DNA of 63,262 bases, filler included, from Dugesia japonica (taxonomy: Eukaryota): NCBI GenBank assembly GCA_001938525.1. It is 6 parts of 6 records of this genome, joined end to end, with 100 filler letters (N's around TTAATTAATTAA, not from the genome) between each part and the next. Parts side by side here need not be neighbours in the genome. Positions count along the whole stretch, not along the records: positions 42,791 to 51,447 come from MQRL01644269.1; positions 51,548 to 63,262 come from MQRL01612261.1; 4 more parts are not named here. One strand, given 5' to 3'. Below the pieces are notes generated by a model. The model had not been told where the DNA came from. It ran no database searches and saw only the letters and a program-made list of their open reading frames with translations. Both the position numbers and the translations under genes were made by a program. Positions 50,272-62,176 of the stretch are shown here, piece by piece (the stretch's first letter is position 1; every line of letters starts with the position of its first letter).

Positions 50272-50789
50272 TATAGAGTTATTGATTTTTCTTTAAAGAA
50301 AATTATTTTATTTACTCAACAACATCTCTTTATTTTGTAAGTAACAATAAAGGTCGAGATTTATTAGTAGTAGATGGATATACTTTTCGTTTTTTATAGA
50401 ATTATTAATGAAAAGAAACATTGAAAATTCACAGAACATGCCAGATACAAGTACTGAGCTCGATGCCATACAAAGGAACGAAGATATCTTGAAGGTTTCT
50501 TTACGTAATCACGTTCAAGATTTTAAAAAATTCTTGCCAGAGAAACTATGGATAAATTAAACTTATGTGGATAATCTACTCATCAGATCGTTGCTACTGC
50601 ACTGAGACGTGTGCCCGCCTGTATTGGCTTAACCTCCACCGACACGATGCTTCAAATAAGCTATTCGAGGAATTCTTTTTTCGTCTAGACAGCTTTTATT
50701 TAAAACTATTGGGTTGTAAATAAAGTTCAAATACAAAGCTTATTTGTAACACAAATTTAATTTTTTTGTATCAATTAACTCATATCAGT

Positions 50790-51280
50790 ATATATTGAAT
50801 ATGAGAAGTTCGGTTTTAGATCATGCCTGTGTCTGCAAAAATAGAAAAGCCAAAATAAACATTGATGAGTTTATAGTTTTGAACAGCGGTTTTGGTAACT
50901 ATTTTGAAAGAATTGCGTGGGTCGCATAATCCGATTCTTATTACTCAGATTGACACACATTCACTTTAAAAAATTTTAAAATCTTATTGGATTGATTACG
51001 TAACAGGTTTTATTGGCCAGTATATAAACAATTTCGTGTTAGCGAGCATATGCAATTGAGTAGGAAAATTTCGGTTTTTGATCATGCCTGTTGCTGCAAA
51101 AATAGAAAAGACAAACTAAGCATTGATGAGTTTATAGTTTTGAACAGTAGTTTTGGTAACTATTTTGAAAGAATTGTGTGTGAGGCTTTGAGAATTGGGT
51201 TGCATAATCCGATTCTTAATACTCAAATCGACACACATTCACTTTTAAATTTATTTTAATCTTATTTTATTGATCGATTA
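50790..51280 (+). mobile_element. Penelope-like GIY-YIG 3' end, partial tandem duplication
   Basis: FIGQ..RVSEH..SVFDHACCC..ERIVCEALRI..NPILNTQ. 50808-51000 repeats at 51069-51280. Confidence 0.8.
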
Positions 51281-51547
51281 AGTAGGGGGATAGCGGCACA
51301 CGGCGGCAATTTTTTTTCTAACTCGGAAACACATTACGATGAGAGCACTATTTTTGTGTGGTATGATTTTTGGGATCAAATTTTTTTGATCGAATCAGAT
51401 TTTTGGGATCAAATTTTTTTTTGATCAGATCAGATTTTTGGGATCAANNNNNNNNNNNNNNNNNNNNNNNNNNNNNNNNNNNNNNNNNNNNTTAATTAAT
51501 TAANNNNNNNNNNNNNNNNNNNNNNNNNNNNNNNNNNNNNNNNNNNN

Positions 51548-51757
51548 TTCTCTTCTAATAACTTCGAAAAATAGGGAAAATAATGAACCCGAATACAAAG
51601 GTTTGTGGGCGTGCACCTCCCGTTAAGCGAGGGGCCAACCACCATAAGCTGAATGCCTAACCTAGGGGCGTTAGGTTAAATTCTTGAAAGGGTTCCCCTG
51701 AGGGCTGTTTTTCCCCAGCCACCATTATCTTCATTCAACTCAGGTGGGACCCCAACA
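51548..51757 (+). mobile_element. 3' end of a large LTR
   Basis: Ends tcaactcaggtgggaccccaaca, homologous to 58075-58125. Confidence 0.75.
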
Positions 51758-51961
51758 CATTGATCAGCGAGAAACTCGCTTGGAAGAATCAAATTTCGTT
51801 ATTGAGTTTTCTCAGCCGAACTTACAGCTTTGGTCGTTGTACCATTCAATTTGTAATTACATAGCGGATTGCATGGGCCAATCATGTGTTCAGTAAATCG
51901 TAACGGTAAAAAGTCATTATTGAATCACCAATATGGTTACCTATAAGTTTATTTACTTTTC

Positions 51962-52196
51962 ACTATCTGGATTTGATTTAGAGGATTCTGAATGAATAAA
52001 TTTAATTAACTTTATTTCTTTAGTTTAGTTGATTAACAAAATTATCTATATCCAGGCAGCGTTTCCTGAAACAATGTTGAGACAGCCAGGGTGAATGTTG
52101 TGTAACTGCTAAACTTTGAAAAAAATTACCGAAATAAATTTATTTTTTTTAATTCGTTCAGTTACTACAATGAAAAATTAACAAGGTTAACAAACG
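51962..52196. repeat. Direct repeat, copy 1 (about 235 bp)
   Basis: Aligns with 53777-54008. Confidence 0.85.
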
Positions 52197-53229
52197 ATTG
52201 ATAATAGAATACGTTTTATTACAGAACAAATAAATCGTATTTTTAAAAAAATATTTTTCTAGATCAGTTTCGAAATCTGATACTGCTTTTTGATTTTTGT
52301 AAGTGATTTTTCTTTTCCGATTATTTTTCCTCGCTAAAAGTCTTATTTTTTTTAATCAAATATCCAATTTTTGATTTAGATTGCTATTTAATTCTTCTAC
52401 TATAAACTTTAACTGTCAACGATTGCCATAGTTTTATTATTTACGAAGAAAACGAAGTATCTCGAAATTGAAAATAATCTTTCACAAATTTAAGCTTCCT
52501 TTTCATTTTCGGTGGTTTCCAAGCTTTCTAAAATTTATTTAATTTTAAATTATGCCGTCTATTTTTTTATTGATCGTATTTTTCAATAATATACATTTAT
52601 TATAAAATATATTATAAAAAATATACATATATACACACATGCATGTAGGTATGCATATACATACATGTTTTGTATAAAAAATACATTTTAATAATTTGTT
52701 TAATGATATTACATAAAACTTTCCTTTTAAGACTGGATAAAAGCGCACTTGTGGTGAAATGGAGACATTCACATATTTGTGTTCTGGGGATTTGATCTCT
52801 AGATAAAATAACAAAATATAGAAAACAAATCTGTAATATTTACATAAACAATCGTTTTGTCTTAGATCATAACTGTGTAAAAATTGTATTATTATTATGT
52901 ATTATGTTATGTACCGGAAGTGTAATGAGATTACATAAAAAACGCTAAACCTTCTTAAGATTTCATTTTGCGATATTTTTGTCGATTTTTATTAATCTGT
53001 ATGGGTCTGAATATTTGGATTCAAAACCTTTTGTGAAGAGTTTTTTTTACCAGTGCATAATTTGTTGTAAGGAAGATTTTCTTGTGGAGTTCCGTTTTAC
53101 TTTCTTTAGAATGATATTTAATTCCTTTGGTTTTGTCTTAAAGTCATTGTTTTCAGTCTCTTTTGTGCTTGTTCTTTTATTTACTTTTATGTTTGGAATA
53201 GCTTAGTTAAGACTTCTATTTTCTGTTAG

Positions 53230-53776
53230 GGTTATGTTCATTAATCCAATTTCAATTTTGTTTAGCGTTGTTCTGTTGAATTGAGCAGTATTTATTGGGG
53301 TATAATTGCTTTTATTTTCTAATTATTTGCTATTATGATAATTTACCAATAAATTGTGAGATGTCAGGAAATCTACTTCTATTATAACCCGTTGAGCTTC
53401 AGTGGTTGTGAAAGTTCATTTGAAGGTTCTGTTATTGACGGGAATTCCTATTTATTTGTCATTAAATGTGTTAATTATTGAACCCCTAACTGCGGCTAAT
53501 GTTTTCTTTATTTCGGAGATGTTTTTGTATAGGTACTGAGGGAGTAGTGAGATCACTGATCCAGTGTCTACTAAAAATTTAGTGTTGTTTGAATTTACCG
53601 TAAAAGTCTGATTATTGTCAGCGAATGTAGGCGCTACCACTAGTTACATTTGTAGGTTACCATTTTCATCGTTAAAATAATTTGGGATTCAAATTTGAAT
53701 TTACGTTAAGCTTTTCGTTATTATTTGAATTAATTTTATTTACTTGAAATTTCAAGCTATTTATTTCTTCTTTTTT
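53230..53776 (-). mobile_element. Degenerate LTR-retrotransposon protease region
   Basis: ORF 53452-53640 has FLVDTGSVISLLP; IIGxDFL-like remnant downstream. Confidence 0.8.
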
Positions 53777-54008
53777 CTATCTGGATTTGATTTAGCAAAT
53801 TCTGAATGAATAAATTTAATTAGCGTTATTTACTTGTTTTAATTGATTAAGAAAATTATGCATATCCCGGTAGCGTTTCCTGAGACAATATGGGGACAGC
53901 CAGCGTGAATGTTGCCTAACTGCTAAACTTCGCAAAAAATTATCGAAATAAAATAATTTTTTTAACTACTTCAGTTACTACAATAAAAAATTATCAAAGT
54001 TAACAAAC
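53777..54008. repeat. Direct repeat, copy 2
   Basis: Aligns with 51962-52196. Confidence 0.85.
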
Positions 54009-54105
54009 AAAGTTAAATTATTATTAAAATTAAAAATGAATACATCTTTTATCAATTTTTTATAACTGCTCAACTGTCCATTGTATTACGTTAAAATAAA
54101 ATCCT

Positions 54106-54950
54106 AGGGATTAACTGTCTGAGGGATCAATAGACATATTAAATGTCTGGGGATCAATTATCGTTGGATTAAATGTCATGTAATCGTTTTGAGAAATGAT
54201 TAACATGTAAATGTATCTTTTTCAAAAGTTCAGTATTGTTTGGCAAAGTAACACACAATATGCTGAAAACAATTGATATGAATGTTTCAAAATTGTTGAA
54301 TCGACAGTTTTCATACCGTTTTACTTTTTATTGTTGATTTATATTATTTCAACAACCGGTAAATAAGGTTTAGTATCATTTACATTCGAAATCACTTCCT
54401 TCTTTAACTTAGCTTAATTGTAACCGGCAGTCCAACTAGTTAAACTAATAGAATCTTCACATTGATATAATTTTGAATTGATGCTACCTATATTTTTTTC
54501 TATCGACCATTTACTTACAATTGATGCGATAAAAACAGTGAATTTTGATAATGGCATTCATTCTCTTAAAGTATATTCGTCATTACTACACGACCTTTAG
54601 CTTCCAATGCACTGTTTGTCCTTGGAGTAAAGATTTCAATTCCTTATGTACCAGCATCCTTTGAATCCAACCATTCTTTTGAAAACTGTTCTAGTAAGAC
54701 TTTTTAATCTTTCCATTTCTTTAAAAACATTTTTTGCTATTTCAAACGCATTTTTATCTTTGGAAACTTGCAATGTCTCAATATTACTCCACATTTCAGC
54801 ATGCATTTCTTTTTCTTGTATTAAAAAGAGTTTTTATTTACTCATCTACACATATGAAACTAACACATAACTACGTATTTGTTTAATGCATGTATCATTA
54901 AAATAATGTTCTTGTATTATATTCATAGAACTATTGTTAATTTATTATTA
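54106..54950 (-). mobile_element. MULE/Mutator-like transposase relic with adjacent short ggatcaa.tgtc repeats
   Basis: Minus strand F.KEWL...WY.G..TP.TNSALEA...YTLRE resembles the MULE TNNxxE motif. About 15-bp repeats at 54106-54185. Confidence 0.6.
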
Positions 54951-55084
54951 TTAAATCAAATTCACTGTTATTAGTGCTAATACTATTTTTGCAATGGTCA
55001 TGTGATTTAATTCTCAATTAGTATTACTTTTAATGCTTATTTTAATATAATGCTTTAGAGATTATAATAAATAATTTATTATGA

Positions 55085-55447
55085 TAGATGGCAATTATAA
55101 ATATCAATCAATATGTATACTTTTTATGAGGAAAAGATAATAAATTGCTGGGANGAAATTCAGAAGAACATATACAGTTCTTAAAATCAAAAAAGTTGTT
55201 GGTTTCATCAATACAGTGTACGTTCTGTGGAATTGAGACAAGAATAAAGACATTCATAAGAGATAGATTTGTATGTAAATGCCAAAATAAACATTGTAGT
55301 TACTATAAGACTACATCCATAAAAATATTTTCATTTTTTGGTAGTTCTGCAATCCATCTTAAAACTTGGTTGTAGATATGTTCTTGTTAGAGGATTCATG
55401 CAGGTGGTACCTGATAAAAAAAACTGATACCTTATTGTTAATAGTGC
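55085..55447 (+). mobile_element. Merlin/ISXO2-like transposase, N-terminal fragment
   Basis: IQFL..KKLL....C..CG...C...C...SIK..SFF..S zinc-ribbon pattern. Confidence 0.75.
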
Positions 55448-58125
55448 TGTTGGGGTGAAACACCCGATTAAGAAGAATGCAAGACCAAGGGCCCGAATCA
55501 TAAACGGAAGGCAACTAGCAAAGAAAACTAAAGAAGAACAGAACTCAAATTATAATAATCAACTACGAATAATCAATCATGGACAGAATATGCTAAAATA
55601 CCTGATAAAAGGCCAAAAGAAAAAGAAGATGACTATGAAAATCTTGGGTGAAACAAGTTAGCTCACACCAAAGTCAATAATTAAAGGGAATTGCCAAAAT
55701 AATAATAAACAGCAGAAGAAATTGATGTCAATAAAAAATTATTTATTAAAGAAAAATTAATTAATTTAAAAGAAAAATAAATTGAAATTGGTCAAAAATC
55801 GGTTTNNNNNNNNNNNNNNNACTCTGCCTAATCACAGCAATTTCTGGTAAGAAAATCTGAGAAGAACTGGCGACGAAGCATTAAGGGTTGGATAATAGAA
55901 AATCTTACCACCACCCAGAAGGTTGCTACAAGGATTGGAAGAATGGGCCAATAAGGGGCCGAAAAAAAAATAGAACAAAGAAATGACAATAACATGTCAC
56001 TCCAAAAATAGAAGCCAAATTGAAGCGCAAAAAACTCTACAAAAAAATCTAAAACTTGGTAATACCTCCAATGAGAAACGTTAATTTCAAACTAAAAATA
56101 AGTAACCAATGGTAGTGATGTCGGGGTGCATCGGAAAATCCTATAAAAGGACCCCGATTTTCAGACGATCAATCAATCAATTTTGAGAAATCTGTTAATT
56201 AGCATAACAGCATAGTACTAAATTTAAGAAAAACTATATTGTGTGAAACTCTCAGTGAAGTATTAGCCAGTTATAAAGTGTAAGATCCGAATTGCTACAG
56301 ATATTTTTCTAATTTGAATTATTCCGATATTGTAGTAGCCAAATATTCTAGTAGTGAAATCGTTGGAAAACAGAAAGCGTGTAAACAGAAATCATTCCAN
56401 NNNNNNNNNNNNNNNNNNNNNNNNNNNNNNNNNNNNNNNNNNNNNNNNNNNNNNNNNNNNNNNNNNNNNNNNNNNNNNNNNNNNNNNNNNNNNNNNNNNN
56501 NNNNNNNNNNNNNNNNNNNNNNNNNNNNNNNNNNNNNNNNNNNNNATGCTTAGATTTAATAACACATGTGATGTATGTTTGCTAAATGACAACAAATGAG
56601 ATCAACTACTCATGATTGACTTGTGGTTGTAAATAAATTTCTCTTTGTATAGGCAGAATTTCAATAAGCATGCGTGGTCACAATTAATCAATCTGCTAGA
56701 TCGTAAACACTATTAAATCAATGATGAGTTATGCCATTAGAATAAATACTATGAATTTCTACTACGTCACACATCTAACTCGATCGGTAACGATTTTATA
56801 AAAATACAGCCATTATGATTTACACTTCATTTGATGTCGTGTCAACACACACTTACCACTCTCTCACTGTGTGGAATTAACAAATTCACTTTCTATATAC
56901 GGTAGTTCTTTAAACCGAGTTGCTACATCTACTGAGTAAATGTAACACCAATGATAGCTGGCATGCATCCCGAGACGAAATGTATTAACACAATGTAGAC
57001 TGTAACTGAAAACTGGTGTGATTCGGCAGATGAATTCATAAATGATACATTAGATGTTTAGTCAATGAGAGAGAAAACAAGGCTACTGANNNNNNNNNNN
57101 NNNNNNNNNNNNNNNNNNNNNCGATTGGCAAATTACTATGATAATTTCATGTTATTAACACTAATAATGGCGTGTGCGCCGTGTGATTTTTTGGTCGGTG
57201 TTCCCAGTATTTTCACTCAAGTCATTATCATGATTATTACGGGTTAATGGTATCATCATTTTTGTATTGGTGCACTATTGGGAATTTCGTATTAATTATT
57301 GGTTATTTTATTAACGTTAATTGGATTATTATGATTAGAATTTATTATGTGTTTTTGTGCACAATTTAGAATTATAATTACCGTTAATCTCATTATTATT
57401 CCGTTTGCTCTAAAAAATTAATATTTATTAATCATGCCTTTATTGTTCCCTGCTGGTTAATAAAATTTTTTTGGGTTTATGTTGCGCACCGGGTCAGCTA
57501 TAGGTAGGACCCCAAATTCAGGTAAGATTAATATTACCAGCACGATCTTTGCTTCCTAATAACAAAGCAAACATAAATTTTGCTATCAGTGAAAATCATT
57601 GAGGTTCACCAGTCATATTTGAATTCCCGCCATGTAAATCAGTAGTCTTAAGATCACTCTATCAATTGATTTGGCATGCAAGGGTCTCAGCAGTACAATA
57701 CTGTATATGAATTTTAAAAATTGGTATTAATTTTTAGAGAATGACAAAGTCCTGAGACTGATCTTAAAAAGGAGGAAACGGGTACGACTCCGGCAATTAA
57801 TAGGTCATTTCTTATTTTCCGAATTGGTTGAACATCCCGACGAAACTGATCTTCAGTGTTTCGCCGAGATGTTCCCCTTATATTTTCAGGTGGATTTTGA
57901 CGAGGAATGACAATCTTCTTTTAAAAATTTATCATGGTAATTATTCAACCTATTTACTTCCAATAAATTTTTGTTTCGTTAATTGAACCCGAATTAAAAG
58001 TGTACGAGTGTGAACCTCGCATGAAGTTGAAGGTCAACCGCTCTACACTGAATATCTAATTTAGGGACATTAGATTTCCCCGGCCAGTTTTTCTCACCAT
58101 CATCAACTCAAGTGGAACCTCAACA
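55448..58125 (+). mobile_element. Large solo LTR (about 2.7 kb including gaps)
   Basis: TGTTGGGGT..ACCTCAACA with TSD GTGC (55444-55447 and 58126-58129) and TATAAAA near 56142. It splits the Merlin relic. Confidence 0.85.
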
Positions 58126-58129
58126 GTGC

Positions 58130-58370
58130 GTTCAGGTAATATTATACATAGTGATGATTAGAGAGCCTACTATTCTCACAGTTAACTACAAAGTTAACTT
58201 CATTAACCATCAAACTAGAGCTCATACCAAGAATGGTGAATCATATTGGAATAAACAAAAAGCCCGTTGTAAAAATATGCGAGGAAAAAGAATAAAATAT
58301 TTACCAAATTATCTTAAAAGAATTATGTGGTCTGACAATGTCATTGGAATTCCATTTGAGATATTATTTA
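58130..58370 (+). mobile_element. Merlin/ISXO2-like transposase, C-terminal fragment
   Basis: TVNY..NF....T.AHT...ES.W...K and L..YL...MW match the DDE_Tnp_IS1595 pattern. Confidence 0.8.
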
Positions 58371-58373
58371 ATG

Positions 58374-58660
58374 CAGGGGTTCCCAAACTGGGGTGCGCGA
58401 ACCAATTGTGGTATGTTAACAGGTGATCTTTCAAATTCTTTAATTTAAATCTTTTTTTATTTACCAAATTAACATTTAATTGAATTTTTATCTATTGAAA
58501 AAGAGAAAGTCTTGTAATAAAATGTAATTTTTAATTAACTAATCTAATTATTGCAAAGGTTTTTTTTGTATGACATTTAAGTATACATAACAACAATTAA
58601 CATCTTTTTCAAGGAATTTTTAGGTAAAATATTAGTGGTTCTGTGGACTAAAAACTAACA
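58374..58660 (+). mobile_element. hAT (Charlie-like) MITE remnant
   Basis: Starts CAGGGGTTCCCAAACTGGGG. Right end is degenerate. Confidence 0.55.
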
Positions 58661-59728
58661 ATTATTTTCTCTNNNNNNNNNNNNNNNNNNNNNNNNNNNN
58701 NNNNNNNNNNNNNNNNNNNNNNNNNNNNNNNNNNNNNNNNNAATAATATAATTAATAAAAAATAAATATTAAAAACAAAAGAATAATTTTAGGCTTTCAG
58801 ACTAATATTTATTCTACCTTAAAAATTTAAGAAAACGAATTAAAATTTAGTTTACCCGAAAATATGATTTTTCCGAAGTAAAATTCTAATAAGATTTTCA
58901 AATGAAAATTAAAAGTGTATTGATTTCGATATCTTTAAAACTATACCAAAATTATAATTGTTCAAATTATGATAATCTGCACAAATTATTATATTGTTCT
59001 GTTATGGTATGTACAGCTTACTTTAATTTGACAATAAAAAATGATTTTATAAAAAGTGTTACCACACTTGGTAGCATTAAAAATATTTTTTTAAGACTTA
59101 AATTTATTTTGTAGATACTATTTTAAGTATTTATAAAATTTATTATTATTTTAAATTTCTAGTAACTATTTTTAGTAATTAATATTTCATTTTTTAATTA
59201 TTAAAACAACTTCTAAAATTATTTTAATTGAAGCTATTATTAATTTAAATGAGACTTATCATTAATTCAAATTAAGCTCAAAGTATGACTGCTATCAGTC
59301 ATCAAATTCGTTTAAAAGTGTTTTTTTAAATTTCATTTTTGTAATTTTTTTATTAGATATAATATTACTGTAACATGTTTATTTCTAGAATCATTTTTTT
59401 AACAAGTTAATTTTGTTTAATTATCTAAATATATTTGTGAAAGTCAAATATTTTAAATACTTAAATTAAAAATTCCAATTTAAATTTAAAAATACTTCCC
59501 ATTTGGAAAAAGCTGTATGATTAATTTAAATTTAAAAATTTAACATGAAAATTTTAAAGTATTTTTAGTAAAATTTGCACTATAATAAAAGTTTGTGATT
59601 GAAATTAATGAATGAAATAAGTGATGTTAAAGTTTGTTTTAATATTATTACATTAATATCGCGTATCGTGAACTAAAGTAATTGTTTATATTTTATTATT
59701 TTTTAATCATTTTGATAGTTTAATTATT

Positions 59729-62176
59729 ATGGGTCATAGTACTAGAAAATTAACTCAGGTTAATAAATCACACAAAGGCAAAAGTAAATCGAAATCTGTA
59801 ATTAAAAAACCTATAATGAAAGTTAATAAGAAAAAAATTGTTAATGATTCTAAAGAATTAAGAGTTCTCAAAGCTGAACAGCATAGAAAGCATTCTATTA
59901 AATGTAACATGGATAGTGATTATTCAAAACGTGGAGATAATAACTCAGCACCATTATTGTGTGGAATTTTTCCTCTTTTCGATTTTCAAGATATAGAAGT
60001 TGTATTTTCTCTTCTGAAAAACACAGATCCAGATGCTATCATTAAAAAAGTCGACGAACTTCCTAATTATTTGAAATTTAATAGTGAAAATTTCATTATG
60101 AAATCCAATAAATTTAAAAAGAATTTCGCTTTTACTGCCTGTCGGAATTTTCGAGATCGATTTGATTATTTGGATTTAGCAAAAGTTGTTGATTGGTGTT
60201 TATTTATTTTACCAAATGATCTTGATGAATTAATCGGTGATTACACAGAGGATTTAATATCTGGATTAATTGCACAAGGAATGCCATCGAGTTGTTTCAT
60301 TTCTCTGAATAATTCTCGTGACTTCAAAATGAAAAACGAATGTAAATATTTGGAATCAATCATTAAAATCTCTTTAGGTGAAGACCGAATCCAATGTTTG
60401 AATAATTCCAATGATGCTAATAAACTTATGCGTCATTTAGCACAAAATTGCAAACCGAGTTTTAATGCAACGAAAAAATCGATAATTTCGAAAAAGTCCA
60501 TTAAAGAAAAACGAGGATATTTCCTCGTTCAAAATATGAATTTCAATGAAGAATCGCATGAAATGCGAGTTACTGGTTGCATGAGAGGTTTCGGATTCGA
60601 TTTAACGAAAACGAAATTTCTTCATCTTACGGAAATCGGAGATTTTTCAATTAAATCAGTCGATTGGATATCTCCGTGTGAAACGAATCGGTTTACGGGA
60701 AATACGAAACTGAGTAGTTTAAAGCATTTGGAACTGGAAAAGAGTAGTGAAATTTTATCGGAAAGAAATGATGAGGAAATGGAGGAGGAAGAAGATGATG
60801 AATCGAGTGAAAGTGAAAATGAAGAAGATTTAGATATGGAGGAAGAAGAAGGTGAGGAGGAAATATCCGATCTCGGTAGTTTCGACAGCGAAAACGATCA
60901 AGAAACCGATAAAATGTCTTTCGCTACAACCGCGCATTCTGGGTTTTCTGTTGCGCAGATTATGAAATTCAAGGAGTCCCGAGAGAATTCAATGTTCCCG
61001 GACGAAGTGGAAATCGCATATAACGAAAAAGCGAGAGAGAAATTCAAGAAATATCGCGGTTTATTGAAATTCGATAGTGTTTGGCCAATCGATTTGAATC
61101 TACCGAAATGCTACGAGGAGATCCATCAAATGAAGAATTACAAACATGAACGGAATCGATTGTGTAATCGGTTTAATAAATTGGATAAAACGAAACAAGA
61201 AAACGATTTTATTTTACCGGGAAGTCGATTCGAGATAACCTTGGAGAACTTTTCCAGTCGGGCGTTTGATCGATTGAAAACCGTTGTAGAATTGAATCCG
61301 AATCGACATTTGATCGGATCGGGATTGTTTGAGTTCGAAGAGAAGTTGAGTGTTCTCCATTTCAACGAAAGAAGACTCGTCGGAATCGACGATTCCGTGG
61401 TGAACGAATTAGCGAAATTATCTCCGAGTAACGACAGCGCAATTCTCTGCGGAGAAGACGCAACGAGTCATTACGATAATATCAACGAAGAGAACTACAA
61501 ATTGAAACCGGCAGCGGAACCGATTGAAAGTAAAGAAACAATGCTGTTTCAAGTCGGTTTTAGGAGGTTCTCGTCGACTCCGATCTACTCACAATTCACC
61601 GCGACTTCCGATGAACCGGGAGATCGGGGTAAAAGTCGACTTTGTCGGTTCATGGAACTGAAAAAGAACGTCGTAGCAACTGTTTACGGACCGATTACGT
61701 ACGGTCCAACATCGGTTCTGCAGTTCCGGATCCGACAAATCGATTTGGGAATGGAAGAACTGAGTCGACCTTTTGTCGCTGAATTGGTCGCTAGTGGTTC
61801 TCTGTTGTCGGTCGATACAACCAGGCCGATTATTAAACGGATTTTGTTGTCGGGACAAATCTATAAGGTCAACAAACGATCGGTTATGGTTCGATTTATG
61901 TTTTTCAATAACGAAGATATCGAGCATTTCAAAACGATTCCTCTTCACACAAGAAGTAATAATAACGGACGGATTGTGGATTCTCGGGGCACACATGGCA
62001 AAATGAAATGTCATTTCTCTAAGCCGCTAACACAAGATGAAGTCGTTTTTATGCCTTTATATAAGCGAGTGTTTCCTAAATACACCGTGGAGAATATGTA
62101 TGACCATTTACCAAATGCAGAACAAATCGACCACGAAGATCGACCTACTGTGGAGGTGATGGATAAACTATTTTAA
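59729..62176 (+). CDS. TSR1: Pre-rRNA-processing protein TSR1 (40S biogenesis factor, BMS1/TSR1 family), 815 aa, intronless
   Basis: NKSHK N-terminus, LDLAKV.D, AQGMP, HL..IGDF.I, acidic tract, FPDEV..AREKFKKYRGL, GFRRF...PIYS, V.VRFMFFN.EDI.HFK and GTHG.MKC.F...L...VFM.LYKRVFPK. AATAAA at the stop. Confidence 0.97.
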   Translation: MGHSTRKLTQVNKSHKGKSKSKSVIKKPIMKVNKKKIVNDSKELRVLKAEQHRKHSIKCNMDSDYSKRGDNNSAPLLCGIFPLFDFQDIEVVFSLLKNTDPDAIIKKVDELPNYLKFNSENFIMKSNKFKKNFAFTACRNFRDRFDYLDLAKVVDWCLFILPNDLDELIGDYTEDLISGLIAQGMPSSCFISLNNSRDFKMKNECKYLESIIKISLGEDRIQCLNNSNDANKLMRHLAQNCKPSFNATKKSIISKKSIKEKRGYFLVQNMNFNEESHEMRVTGCMRGFGFDLTKTKFLHLTEIGDFSIKSVDWISPCETNRFTGNTKLSSLKHLELEKSSEILSERNDEEMEEEEDDESSESENEEDLDMEEEEGEEEISDLGSFDSENDQETDKMSFATTAHSGFSVAQIMKFKESRENSMFPDEVEIAYNEKAREKFKKYRGLLKFDSVWPIDLNLPKCYEEIHQMKNYKHERNRLCNRFNKLDKTKQENDFILPGSRFEITLENFSSRAFDRLKTVVELNPNRHLIGSGLFEFEEKLSVLHFNERRLVGIDDSVVNELAKLSPSNDSAILCGEDATSHYDNINEENYKLKPAAEPIESKETMLFQVGFRRFSSTPIYSQFTATSDEPGDRGKSRLCRFMELKKNVVATVYGPITYGPTSVLQFRIRQIDLGMEELSRPFVAELVASGSLLSVDTTRPIIKRILLSGQIYKVNKRSVMVRFMFFNNEDIEHFKTIPLHTRSNNNGRIVDSRGTHGKMKCHFSKPLTQDEVVFMPLYKRVFPKYTVENMYDHLPNAEQIDHEDRPTVEVMDKLF

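Noticed and set aside
61138-62014. Antisense and alternate-frame ORFs over TSR1 (and over Gypsy/pPolB ORFs)
   Set aside because: Shadow ORFs of real coding frames with no motifs.
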